From Amoebidium appalachense (Eukaryota; Protista; Ichthyosporea): 64,000 nt of DNA. The position numbers and the translations under genes are program-made. Within the stretch, counting starts at the first letter, position 1; the number at the start of each line of letters is the position of its first letter. Under the pieces are notes generated by a model that searched no databases, had not been told where the DNA came from, and was given only the letters and a program-made list of their open reading frames with translations. Shown here piece by piece: positions 1 through 26,703 of this stretch. Location of the stretch: NCBI GenBank assembly GCA_963693365.1, contig CAVNZM010000003.1, positions 653,006-717,005 of the forward strand. The letters are read 5' to 3'.

Positions 1-172
1 ATGTACAGGCAAGCAGCCTCTCTCTCTCTCTTCGTCTCTCTCTCTCTCTCTCTCTCTCCCCCCTGTCTCTCTGTCTCTGTTTCTGTCTCTCTGTCTCTCT
101 CCCCTCTCTGTCCCTTCCTGCCCCACCTCCCCTCTCCCCCCTCACACAGACGCACACACACTCTCTTTTTCC

Positions 173-206
<34 letters not shown>

Positions 207-216
207 CCCCCCCCCC

Positions 217-251
<35 letters not shown>

Positions 252-420
252 TCTGCCTCTCCCTGTCTCTCTCTCTCTATCTCTCTCTGTCTGCCTCTCT
301 CTGTCTCTCTCTCTCTCTCTCCCCTGTCTGCCTGTCTCTTGCTTTCACCTGCACACACATCCAATCATATGCAGCGCCTCACTCTCTCTCCCCCCCCCCC
401 CCCCCCGCCCACATCTTTCT

Positions 421-456
<36 letters not shown>

Positions 457-926
457 CCTTCCCCCTCCCCCCCCCCCCCCCCCTCTCACCCCCCCACCCC
501 TTCCCCGCCCCCTCGCTCGCCCTCCCTCGCCCTCCCTCCCTTTCTCCCTCCCTCCCTCGCTCCCTCCCCCTCACTTCCTCCCTTCCTTCTTCCCTCCCTC
601 CCTCCCTCCCTCCCGCCTCCGTCCCTCTCCGCCCTTCCCCCCCCCCTCCCCCCCCCCCCCCCCCCCCCCCCTTCTCCCTCCCTCCTTCCCCCCCTCCCTC
701 CCTCCCTCCTTCCCTCCCTCCCTCCCTCCCTCCCTCCCCCCGCCTTCCCTCCCTCTCCGCCCTTCCTCCCTCCCTCCCTTCCCCCCCCCCCCCCCCCCTC
801 CCCCCTCCCTCCCTCCCTCCCTCCCCCCAACCCCCCTTCTCCCTCCCTCCCTCCCTTTCTCCTTCCCTCCCTCCCTCCTTCCCCCTCCCTCCGTCCCTCC
901 CTCCCTCACCTCCCTCCCTCCCTACA

Positions 927-1013
<87 letters not shown>

Positions 1014-1017
1014 CGCT

Positions 1018-1095
<78 letters not shown>

Positions 1096-1123
1096 CTCGC
1101 TCTCGCTCTTTCTTTCACTCTCT

Positions 1124-1244
1124 CTGCTTATGACGCATACTGTGCGCATGGATGATGTTGCATACTTGAATGTTTGCCTTTGCATGTGTCCTGCACCATG
1201 CTTCTCATCGTGTATGTGTACTTCGTACCGTGTTCCGCATTCAA
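1124..1244. repeat. Dispersed intronic repeat family 1 (~120 bp)
   Basis: Near-identical copy at ~6410-6532; diverged copies at ~3290-3421, ~5209-5300, ~12178-12248, ~12290-12425 (core GTTGCATACT..TGTTTGCCTTT..CATGCTTCTCATCGTGTA). Confidence 0.8.
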
Positions 1245-1770
1245 CCCCCCCCCCCCCCCCCTCCCCCTCCCCTCTTCTCCAGCTCGTTCTCTGATGAAGA
1301 CGGAAAACCCACCCATTTCCTAGGGAAGTAGTGTCTGAGTTGGGTTTCGTATGCATCATGAATGGTTCGAAACTCGGTTACTGTGGATGACCCCCCCCCC
1401 CCCCCTCCCCCCCCTCCCCTCCCCTCTCCCCCTTATCAAGCACACGCTTTTATGTTACCTCAGCACTCTGCATGATGTTGTCCGTCAATGTCGTGTTCTT
1501 GGCACTTCACACTTTAACACGTTTTAAAATTTTAAGGTGGAAGCTAATTGGAAAGCCACACTTGATTATGTTGTCCGCCGACAACGTGTAACGCTCCACA
1601 TTTTAACACGTTTTCCTGTTTTAAAGGTGGAGACCAATCGGAAGGCCACGAGCAGTGGTACAACACCTCCACATTTTAACACGTTAAAAAATTTCTAGAG
1701 GTGGAGACCAATCGGAAGGCCTTTAGCAGTGCTACACGTCCACATTTTAACACTTTTTTAAATTTTAAAG

Positions 1771-17085
<15,315 letters not shown>

Positions 17086-17394
17086 GGTACATCCAAACAT
17101 GCACCAACACACACATTCACACACAATATGTGTTCGGATGTACACCGGGTGTGTGTGTAATTTTCGACACGGCTTCACCTACATGTATGCGTGTGTACTT
17201 GCAATCGGCTAATCATGGAGAGTGTGTGTGGAACATAAAGTCGCAGGGGTGGGATTCCATGTGATTGGAAGGTGTGTGTGCACGTGTTTAATAGGACACA
17301 CAAACGAGTGAGCATGCACTCCTCCGTATGCACATACACACACACAGATACTGTAAAACACAGAGGCTTGGATGCCTACTCAGAGACACACACG

Positions 17395-17440
<46 letters not shown>

Positions 17441-17448
17441 CACACACA

Positions 17449-17498
<50 letters not shown>

Positions 17499-17883
17499 CA
17501 CACAGTGCATTCACCACGTACACTACACTACTTTTGCATCGAACGAAGACGGTATGCAGCCGTGGGTGGGGATATCATGAACCTGAGGCTCATGTTTGTT
17601 TATTAAATAATTTTGGCAATAAAAAGTGAAGCCATGCACGACCTTAAGGACTATGTCGTGGTTTCTCGATTATGACGTATTTTTTTTATCCATGTCCGGA
17701 TTTTCCGAAAACGAACATTTTATATATGGCAATTACCAATCAGTGCGCTGAATTTATCGGCTCATCAATGACATCCTTACGGGAGCATTCGGTGATTACT
17801 GTGTTGATTATGTTTGCCCATTTATGTCATTGATCTTTTCCGCACATGATCCTAATTATATTTAGGCCTGGCAGCTCCAGTAT

Positions 17884-17975
17884 TGTTGGAATACGTCACC
17901 ATGTATGACAGCAAGAGCCTTGAAGTATGTATGTGTCCTAGCTTGTTTGTATTCGTGTCTGCTTTCCTTCTTTGT

Positions 17976-18049
<74 letters not shown>

Positions 18050-18052
18050 CCC

Positions 18053-18085
<33 letters not shown>

Positions 18086-18820
18086 TATCTCTCTCTCCCT
18101 TGTTTCTGTGGGCACAGATATCTGTAGATCTGTGCACACCTGGCTCTCTTGCCTGATAAGAACTTATTGTGTTTTTATTTCTATTTGCTCTCCTCTGTTT
18201 ATCTGAGAGGTAGCGTGATTGGCTAGCCTCACTCGTTGTCTTTCCTTTATTTCAAAATGGCCTAGTTTTGTTCTCAAAAGGATGGCTCGCCAATAGTCGC
18301 GAGCGAGTACATCTGTAGATTGTGTTGTGCATTCCTGTCTGTTAATATATGTGTGTTGTGATTGGACAATAGATATATATGGAATTCGGTTTATTGCAAA
18401 GTGTCTTCACTTTGAGAGTGTCGACTGTTAGGAAATATATGTATTTAAATAAGTTTCTTTATAGAGACGAACATAAATATATATGTGAGTTAATAGTGAC
18501 TAGATGTATAATTACTTAATTTATTTAAGTAAGAGTTTCTACACTTTAGTTTAATCGGAAGTTGGAATGCGTATGCTCTGTCGGAATGTGTTTTTCTATC
18601 TTCTGATAGAACCGATTGGTTCTCCCTCTTTAGTTGTGATAAGGTGATAAGTCGCAAGTACAAAAGGAACCGAGAGCACAATAAAGATTCAGTTGTTGTT
18701 TGAAATCTTTCAATGTCTCGTGAACAACTCCGATTGCCCTCTCATTAATGTGTTAGTCGTGTTTTACATGACACCTCTGTGCACTCTGCTCCCTAAGGCT
18801 TAGACCCGTACAAAACAACA
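17884..18820 (+). repeat. Copia A 5' LTR
   Basis: TGTTGGAATACG...AAAACAACA; near-identical to 24097-25027 and 38505-39447. Confidence 0.97.
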
Positions 18821-18833
18821 GGTTAAAGGCCCA
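18821..18833 (+). promoter_or_regulatory. Primer-binding-site-like motif (half-tRNA-iMet type, variant)
   Basis: GGTTAAAGGCCCA directly after the LTR, versus the copia-type GGTTATGGGCCCA. Confidence 0.65.
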
Positions 18834-18929
18834 TTTTCGCACGCTCTCGCAACACATACTCTCGCTGCAATCAAAAATATTCAAATTTGAATACCGATCT
18901 GATTCCTCTCTCACGCATCATCTGACTGA

Positions 18930-20447
18930 TTGATCACCATGTCGGAGAAACCTGCGTATCTCAACCTCACCCCCTGGAAAGGGGATGACACCACGGACAA
19001 GAAGTCCGGCAAACGTCTCACCTATTATGAGTGGGAACCCGTCATCTTCCGGTACCTACGTACCACCACCGCGGCCAAGTTAGTGCCCGTCATCAAGGCC
19101 CCCGAGTGGGTCGACCCTTCCGACGAGAATGAGTGGCACGGCTACGACACTGAGGAGGCCTACACCGAGGCTTCCAACCTCCTTGAACAGATGTTTACTC
19201 AACTCGTCTCCAATGATGAGCTGTATAACTCTGGTCAAATCCACGATGATGTGTCACCTGCCCAAGCTTTCCACAACCTCCGTATGACCTATGCGGCTGA
19301 ACGTGAAGATCGTGCTCGTCAAATCCTCCTCGACTACCATGAGCTTGAACTCAAAGACTTCAAGACCGTCACGGCCTACCTCACCATGGCACGCCGTCTG
19401 TGCACTACCCTGCACATCCTCGAAGAGCCCATTCCTCACAAGACTATGGTTGATAACTTCTTCATCCACCTCAAGAAGAACCGTAAGTTAGTTTGTACCG
19501 ACATCCAGGCCATGATTGCCGACTACTTCCGTCGTACCATCAACTACGAGACCTACAACCGTCTAATCAGTGACATCCGAGCTGCAGAGATCCGTGAAGG
19601 TCTCATCGACTCTGGGTCCGGGTCCTCCTCCACCGTCCGAACAGCACGTGCCCTGCAAAGCCGTGTCCTCACCAAGGACGACCTCAGACACCGGATCCCC
19701 CGACGTGACAGCTCCGTCTCCCGTCACCCCCGCGGTCGTCCCACCGATCGATCCCCCTCAGTTGACCGTGATTACTCACGGTCCCGTTCCCCCGGCTATC
19801 GTTCCCGGTCACCCTACCCCCCACGTAAAGGGGGTAACCGTCATTCCCAGCCACCCCGAGCCAAGACCACTGGCTCCCTCGACTGTGCCTACAGTCACGA
19901 AGACCATCATGTCACACAGTGTGACAAACCTGGCTGCTCAATTGCCCGTCGTCACCGTGCCAACACCAAGTCTGGAAAAGAGGTGCATTTTGCCCTCGTG
20001 TCCACCACGGCCTCCCTACCCATGGACCCCTGCTGGGACTCGGCTTCAAACGTCCACGTGTGCCCAGTAAAGGGGTACTTCTCTACTCTTGAGCCATGCC
20101 CCCCGACTGACGTCCACGGCCTCGGCATCGTCACTGCACATCACCGTGGTGTCATCAACCTGGCCGTCACCTACAACGGAGTAACATCAGTACTGAGCCT
20201 CAACACCCTCTATGTACCCGACTCCCCAGCCTTCCTGATATCACCCTCAATGGCCTCCAAGTCGGGTCTCCTTGCCCACCTCGATGATGAGGATGCATTC
20301 CCATCATACCTCTACACTCGTGGTGGCAACATCGTGTGTTCCCTCACAGGCACAGATGGACTGTACTTCATCACTGACTATGAGATACGTCCCTCCATCC
20401 TCTCGAACCGTCACTGCTCTGGTAGCCAACGTCAAGGTCAACAATGA
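18930..20447 (+). CDS. Copia A Gag + aspartic protease
   Basis: Gag helical region (LELKDFKTVTAYL), zinc-knuckle-like CAYSHEDHHVTQC, copia protease WDSASNVHVCP; the polyprotein continues in the +1 frame near 20395. Confidence 0.88.
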   Translation: MITMSEKPAYLNLTPWKGDDTTDKKSGKRLTYYEWEPVIFRYLRTTTAAKLVPVIKAPEWVDPSDENEWHGYDTEEAYTEASNLLEQMFTQLVSNDELYNSGQIHDDVSPAQAFHNLRMTYAAEREDRARQILLDYHELELKDFKTVTAYLTMARRLCTTLHILEEPIPHKTMVDNFFIHLKKNRKLVCTDIQAMIADYFRRTINYETYNRLISDIRAAEIREGLIDSGSGSSSTVRTARALQSRVLTKDDLRHRIPRRDSSVSRHPRGRPTDRSPSVDRDYSRSRSPGYRSRSPYPPRKGGNRHSQPPRAKTTGSLDCAYSHEDHHVTQCDKPGCSIARRHRANTKSGKEVHFALVSTTASLPMDPCWDSASNVHVCPVKGYFSTLEPCPPTDVHGLGIVTAHHRGVINLAVTYNGVTSVLSLNTLYVPDSPAFLISPSMASKSGLLAHLDDEDAFPSYLYTRGGNIVCSLTGTDGLYFITDYEIRPSILSNRHCSGSQRQGQQ

Positions 20448-21543
20448 TCCTCAGCTCTGGCACCACCGTCTCGGCCATCGTGCCCTGTCCACCCTCACCA
20501 AGATGGTGAGAGGTGACCTCGTGACAGGCCTCCCCTCATCCCTCTCAGTGGCTGACACCACTGACTGCTTCGGTTGTGTCTCCGGCAAGACCACCAAGGC
20601 CCCATTCTCCGGCACCAGAACCCAGTGCCCCTTCCCCGGTGCCAAGTGGCACATGGACTTCTTCGAGCCTCCCTGTGCCTCCTATGGTGGCTACAAGGTG
20701 GCCCTCGTGTGTACCTGTGATGCCTCCGGCTACACCATCGTGTACCTCCTCCGTGATCGATCCGAAACTCTCGAATACGTCAAGGCCCTGGTTGAGACTA
20801 CTGACAAGCAACCCGACAAGGTGGTGACCCACTTCCGTTCAGACTCTGGGTCCGAGTTCACCTCCCATGCTATGGAGCAGTACTGTCAGTCCAAGGGCAT
20901 CATTCAGGAATTTGCCCCGGTTGACTGCCCCCAACTCAACGGCTTCGTTGAACGTAAGATGAGGGATCTGCAGGAGATCGTTCGGTGCTTCCTTCATCAG
21001 GACAAGGCCGACTCCCTTTCCCCCAAACTGTGGGGAGCTGCTCTCAAGCATGCTGCCTACATCATCAACGTGACCCCGGCCAGAGCTGCCAATGGCCGTA
21101 CACCGTTTGAAATTTTCTACGGTGTCAAGCCTGACATCTCCCACCTGCACGTGTTTGGCTGCCCAGCCTATGTACACGTCCCTGCATCCAAACGAGACAA
21201 GTTGGCCTCTACCGTCAAACTCGGCACCTACGTGGGCTGGGATATCACCAACAAAGCCCACAAGATCATGAATCTACGTGGCAACACGGTCAACCTCTAC
21301 CGCGATGTCGTCTTCGACGAATCACAATTCACCACGGCATCCAATCAGATTTCTGTGCAGGCCACCAATCAGACGACCTCCATCGATCCAACCCTGCATT
21401 CCGGAAATTCCAATTCGGATGACGATGAAATTCCGTCGGTGATTATCCGTCGTTCCCCCCGTCGTGTACCTGCCCCCGTGGCTCCACCCACCCCCCCCCC
21501 CCACCGGCCAGCAACCCCTGCTGCCGGCCCCTGCCGTCAATGA
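20400..21543 (+). CDS. Copia A integrase (GAG-pre-integrase + rve core)
   Basis: LWHHRLGH..CFGC zinc finger, WHMD, RSDSGSEF, PQLNGFVERK, LHVFGCPAYVH, RDVVFDE. Confidence 0.93.
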
Positions 21544-23362
21544 CCACGTACCTGGTCATCTCACCCCGGTTCGTCCTGGGTCTCCGGAGTTCCACTCGGC
21601 CCCGTCCAGCCCCGTGTTATCCGACTCCCCACTCAACACGGCACCCATCCCTGGCTTCCAGGCCCCCATCCCCGACCACCGAGTGTCTGTCCCAGACAAC
21701 CCCCCGGCCCCTGAGCCCCTCCGTACCGTTCCCCGTCGTTCCTCCCGTCTCTCCTCCCGGCCTGCTATGGCTATGGTGAGCATCTCCCGACCCAGCCTTG
21801 ATGTGTCTCAGCTGCCCCGGTCAATTCAGAAGCTGTGCTCTGGCACCAAGGGTGATGAAGTGGTGACTGCCCTCACTGCCGAGTACAAGGCTTTCATCGA
21901 CAAGGACATCTTCGACGTAGTTGAGCCCCCCTCCGATGCCAACATCATCCGATTCAAGTGGATTGTCACGGAGAAGGTCCTCAACTCTGCTGGTGACACC
22001 AAGATCAAGGGTCGTGGTGTGGCCAAGGGTTTCACCCAAGTCTACGGTGTTGACTACGGTGAAAACTCTTCCCCCGTCGTCATGTCCTCCTCCGTCCGTG
22101 CCCTGCTTGCCCTCGGTGTGCAACAGGACCACGAGATCCATCAACTCGACATCAGCACGGCCTTCCTCAACAGCCCCCTCGACGAGACTTTGTACATGGA
22201 GCAACCTCCTGGTTTTATCCTCCCTGGCAATGAACACAAAGTCTGGAAACTCAAGAAGGCCATCTACGGACTCAAGCAGGCATCCCTGGCATGGTACGAG
22301 TTCTTCAACTCCATTCTCATTGCCCACGGCCTCACCCGTCTCCGTTCCGATCCGTGTGTCTACTTCCGTCAGTTCCCCAATGGGCACATCATCCGTTCGG
22401 GCAACTACGTTGATGATGCCATCATCACCTGCACACGGAACTCCACCATCATGCAGGGGCTTGTTCGTCACATCACGAAGTCAGCCGAGTGCAAGGTCGG
22501 TCTGCCAGACATCTTCCTCGGCACCCAACTGCTGTACACCCGTGACTCCCTCAAGCTGCTGCAGTCCTCCTACATCAAGGACATCATCACCGACTTCAAC
22601 CTGGTCGATGCCAAGCCTAAGGCCACCCCTATTCCCGTGGGCACCATCATCAACGAGACCTCCCTCTCATCCCTGCCCACCACCGTCCCCTACCGTGAAC
22701 TCCTCGGCCGTCTGCTGTGGGTTGCTCGGTGCTCCCGGCCTGACATCTCGTATGCCATTGGCTACCTCGGCCGATTCAGCTCCAAGCCCACCAAGACTGC
22801 CTGGGAGCTTCTCCTCCGTGTCGTTCGTTACCTGCTCGGCACCATCAACCTCGGCCTCTACTACAAGAAGAAGGCCCCCAACAGCAAGGTGCCCATCCTT
22901 GAGTGCTACTCGGATTCTGACTTTGCTGGTTGCCCCACCACCCGTCGTTCCACGTCTGGGTACGTCATCCTCCTCGAAGGCTCCCCCGTCACCTACCACT
23001 CCAAGCTGCAGACGATCACTGCAACTTCCACGTGTGAGGCCGAGCTCCTGGCCCTCAATGCTGCCGTGCAAGATGTTGTCTGGCACCGTGATCTACTAAA
23101 GGAGCTGGGCTACCCCATGACCGAGCCCACCCCAGTGTACTGTGACAATCAGTCCACCATTGCTCTGGTCCACTCCAACACCATCAAGCACCGGACCAAG
23201 CACATTGCCGTTCGTTACTTCAACACCAAGGACTACATCAACAGTGGGGACGTCACTGTCACCTACATCGACACCAAGAAGAACCTGGCCGACATCTTCA
23301 CCAAGCCTCTGGCTGGTCCGGCCCACGACACACACCGTGCCAACCTCAGTCTCCGTGACTGA
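21500..23362 (+). CDS. Copia A reverse transcriptase + RNase H
   Basis: HQLDISTAFLN, LKKAIYGLKQA, YVDD, RPDISYA, YSDSDFAG..RRSTSGY, STCEAE, CDNQS, RTKHI, NLADIFTK; frame change from integrase falls at the poly-C run near 21491-21502. Confidence 0.96.
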   Translation, partial: PTGQQPLLPAPAVNDHVPGHLTPVRPGSPEFHSAPSSPVLSDSPLNTAPIPGFQAPIPDHRVSVPDNPPAPEPLRTVPRRSSRLSSRPAMAMVSISRPSLDVSQLPRSIQKLCSGTKGDEVVTALTAEYKAFIDKDIFDVVEPPSDANIIRFKWIVTEKVLNSAGDTKIKGRGVAKGFTQVYGVDYGENSSPVVMSSSVRALLALGVQQDHEIHQLDISTAFLNSPLDETLYMEQPPGFILPGNEHKVWKLKKAIYGLKQASLAWYEFFNSILIAHGLTRLRSDPCVYFRQFPNGHIIRSGNYVDDAIITCTRNSTIMQGLVRHITKSAECKVGLPDIFLGTQLLYTRDSLKLLQSSYIKDIITDFNLVDAKPKATPIPVGTIINETSLSSLPTTVPYRELLGRLLWVARCSRPDISYAIGYLGRFSSKPTKTAWELLLRVVRYLLGTINLGLYYKKKAPNSKVPILECYSDSDFAGCPTTRRSTSGYVILLEGSPVTYHSKLQTITATSTCEAELLALNAAVQDVVWHRDLLKELGYPMTEPTPVYCDNQSTIALVHSNTIKHRTKHIAVRYFNTKDYINSGDVTVTYIDTKKNLADIFTKPLAGPAHDTHRANLSLRD

Positions 23363-24096
23363 CCCATGCACTGGTGTTCATCATCGAGTGGTTTCTGAGT
23401 AGGTTGGGGCCCTGGACAGCAGTTGACACACCTACGGTGATCAAGATGCCTCCCAACGAAAGTCTACTACTCCTCATCGTTTCTCTTCATCAGTGGGGAC
23501 TCAGTCTTCCATCGTCATATGTGTGCATCTTCAGTGGGGATTATTCTCCACCATCCGTCGTTTATTTAGATTCATATCCCACCATATATATTGGTTTTCT
23601 TCTATATTCGACTTATATATATGTCGAACTGGGATGGCGTCCCCGGGCCAGTATAAATAATTATCTATAGCCATGACGTGCTGGTTGACTGCCAGTCTAA
23701 ACCTAGTCCACGGGATGCACCTTCCCCGTGTCTTAACTGGTTGACCACCAGTCTATAAATCAGTCCACAAGATGTTCATGTCTTGTGTTTACCTGGGTGG
23801 TCCCCAGTATAAACCATTAGCCACCAACACGTCACACATACACTTAGTCTAGTGTTTCCTATATATATATATATATATATCGCCGATAACCACCATGATT
23901 TCTTATTTCGAGTCTTCAGAGGCAACCGTCGTTGTGTGCCTCTTCAGTTTTGATTCTCTCCTTCCCACCTCAAGGATCTTCGGTTTGCATCCTCGAGTGG
24001 GGAAACTTGAGTGTGACGGCCCCTCCTGTGTTTGGACCTCACCTACCGTCACATCAACAGACACGAGAACACAAACTTCAACCCCTTGAGTGGGGA

Positions 24097-24209
24097 TGTT
24101 GGAATACGTCACCATGTATGACAGCAAGAGCCTTGAAGTATGTATGTGTCCTAGCTTGTTTGTATTCGTGTCTGCTTTCCTTCTTTGTGCTCTCTCTCTC
24201 TCTCTCTCT

Positions 24210-24271
<62 letters not shown>

Positions 24272-25027
24272 TCCCCCCCCCCCCCCCCCCCCGTATCTCT
24301 CTCTCCCTTGTTTCTGTGGGCACAGATATCTGTAGATCTGTGCACACCTGGCTCTCTTGCCTGATAAGAACTTATTGTGTTTTTATTTCTATTTGCTCTC
24401 CTCTGTTTATCTGAGAGGTAGCGTGATTGGCTAGCCTCACTCGTTGTCTTTCCTTTATTTCAAAATGGCCTAGTTTTGTTCTCAAAAGGATGGCTCGCCA
24501 ATAGTCGCGAGCGAGTACATCTGTAGATTGTGTTGTGCATTCCTGTCTGTTAATATATGTGTGTTGTGATTGGACAATAGATATATATGGAATTCGGTTT
24601 ATTGCAAAGTGTCTTCACTTTGAGAGTGTCGACTGTTAGGAAATATATGTATTTAAATAAGTTTCTTTATAGAGACGAACATAAATATATATGTGAGTTA
24701 ATAGTGACTAGATGTATAATTACTTAATTTATTTAAGTAAGAGTTTCTACACTTTAGTTTAATCGGAAGTTGGAATGCGTATGCTCTGTCGGAATGTGTT
24801 TTTCTATCTTCTGATAGAACCGATTGGTTCTCCCTCTTTAGTTGTGATAAGGTGATAAGTCGCAAGTACAAAAGGAACCGAGAGCACAATAAAGATTCAG
24901 TTGTTGTTTGAAATCTTTCAATGTCTCGTGAACAACTCCGATTGCCCTCTCATTAATGTGTTAGTCGTGTTTTACATGACACCTCTGTGCACTCTGCTCC
25001 GGACCCTTAGACCCGTACAAAACAACA
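24097..25027 (+). repeat. Copia A 3' LTR
   Basis: Preceded by PPT GAGTGGGGA; TGTTG...CAACA ends. Confidence 0.97.
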
Positions 25028-25028
25028 A

Positions 25029-25059
<31 letters not shown>

Positions 25060-25575
25060 CGGCCCCCCACAACCCCCCCCCCCCCCCCCCCCCCCCTCCA
25101 CCCCCCCCCCCCCCCCCCCCCGCGCTCCACCCCCCCCCCCCCCACCAAACCCCACAAAACAACAAGACGACCCCCCCCCCACCCCCCCACTCCCAACCCC
25201 TCCCCCCCCACCCACCCCCCTCCATCCCCACACCACACCCACCCCCCCACCCACCACTCCCCCAACACCCCCCGCAGGCCCTCCTCTCACCAAAATCGCC
25301 TTTTAACAACTCAGCCACTCCATGTCACCTAACCCCATGCACGAGCAAAATACCCCCTGTGCCTCCCTTTCTACTATATTCTCTCCTTCAACAAACATAA
25401 TCTATCTACACCACATAGCACGTGAACACCACCAACAAGCACCCCCCCCTCCAACCTCTCTCAAAAATCAACAAAAAAACAAAACAAAAAAACAAAAAAC
25501 CACAAAAAAACAAACAAAAAGAAAACAGACCACACCAATCGTTGAAAACGCAACGAGCGCGCCGACCAGCGTGAA

Positions 25576-26548
25576 ATGAGAGGAGAAAAATGGAGCCAAG
25601 GGGCGGGTAGTGCCACCACCCCACACAAGAGAGCCGTCTCTCGGCACCGCACAATATACAAGAGAGGAAAAGAGAACAGACAGAGAGAAAAAAGGAAGGA
25701 ACAACCAGAGCCAACAGACACACCAGAATACAAGGGTGCCTTGCAGGATAAATGCACGGTGATTGAATGGCTGCACGAATTTTCCCAGCAGATGTTTTGC
25801 ATTGCAGGGGTCCCCCCCACACTTGCTGTTCGCTGGGCGGTGCAGTGCTTTCCTCTTGCTTCCCCCGCCCGTGTGTGGTACACGAATTTTACCAGGACAC
25901 AGGGAGAACTCACGTTTGATGCATTTGCACATGCACTAGTTACGAAATTTCACGACCAGCGTGTGCAAGAGGCACTCAGTGCCGAATTAAATGCACTCAA
26001 ACAAGGCAAGCAAAAGGTGGCCGAATTTGCAAGCAGGCATGCGCGTTTGTGGGCACGTGTGTACCCCCTTAAGTCTGAGGCACACCAAATTTTGGATTTG
26101 TCTCACCGATTGGGTGGGGAAAGACGAACAAGAATTTCGCAAATATCAACTCAGACAAACACGAAAAGAAGAAGAATTGACCCTGTCTGGAGTTGTTGCC
26201 TATCTCGCAGAAAAAGAAAGAGACAGGCACACACGAACCCCATCCACCATTCTAACACAGAAACCCCCCACAAAACAGCAACCCGGTGGTGGATCTGGTG
26301 CCAGCGAGAAGCCGTCTATTTTTTCGCGCATGGGCACCACCCCCTGCAACCGTGGGTGCCAGTACGGCAGCCACGCCGAAGGCAAGACGTGCCCGGCCCT
26401 CAAATTCGAATGCCACTCCTGCAAGCAGAAGGGGCACTTTGGGGGGTCACCAATTTGCCCCAAGTACGACCCCAACTTTAAGAAGGGAACCCGCAAGGCA
26501 GAGATTGAGGCTAATCGGGCCAAGTTCAAGAGAGCACGTGTAGAATAG
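25576..26548 (+). CDS. Gypsy Gag (one frameshift near 26100; true start uncertain)
   Basis: Retrotransposon gag motif ARVWY..TFDAFAHALVTKF..ELNALKQGKQKVAEF, then in the +1 frame the zinc knuckle CPALKFECHSCKQKGHF..C ending at TAG 26546-26548. Confidence 0.8.
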
Positions 26549-26703
26549 GAAGGCGGGCAAGGGACTGGTCTCTCCCCAGTAGAACATAATGTATTTGATT
26601 TAATAGCAGAGCTGGAACTGTGTTCCCCTCTGGCAGATAAATTGCAAAATAAATCTACTGGTGCGGAAATTTCTGTTGTCTCGGAGCCCTCCCACGAATC
26701 TGC

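Larger units (their letters stand above)
17884..25027 (+). mobile_element. Full-length Ty1/Copia LTR retrotransposon (family A)
   Basis: Two ~935-bp LTRs (TGTTG...CAACA), PBS-like site at 18821, gag-PR-INT-RT-RH domain order, PPT at 24088-24096. Confidence 0.97.

Noticed and set aside
1-1155. Long Pro/Ser/Leu, HT, ER and CV repeat ORFs (also 1771-3153, 43000-44600 and many others)
   Set aside because: Translations of microsatellites and homopolymers; only the first 39 codons of the 1771 ORF are a real exon.
1283-1327. Possible extra upstream CDC73 exon (SFSDEDGKPTHF..)
   Set aside because: Has AG and GT boundaries and a plausible position but needs a 1-bp correction to join the next exon in frame; left out of the model.
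21464-21543. Programmed frameshifts within the Copia A polyprotein (also near 20395)
   Set aside because: Sister family B reads through the equivalent PR-INT junction in one frame, and the second shift lies in a poly-C run; more likely mutation or sequencing error.
21821-23099. Long antisense or alternative-frame ORFs over Copia, Gypsy and DIRS genes (also 58183-59070, 35695-36462)
   Set aside because: Expected shadows of strong third-position codon bias; no recognisable motifs.
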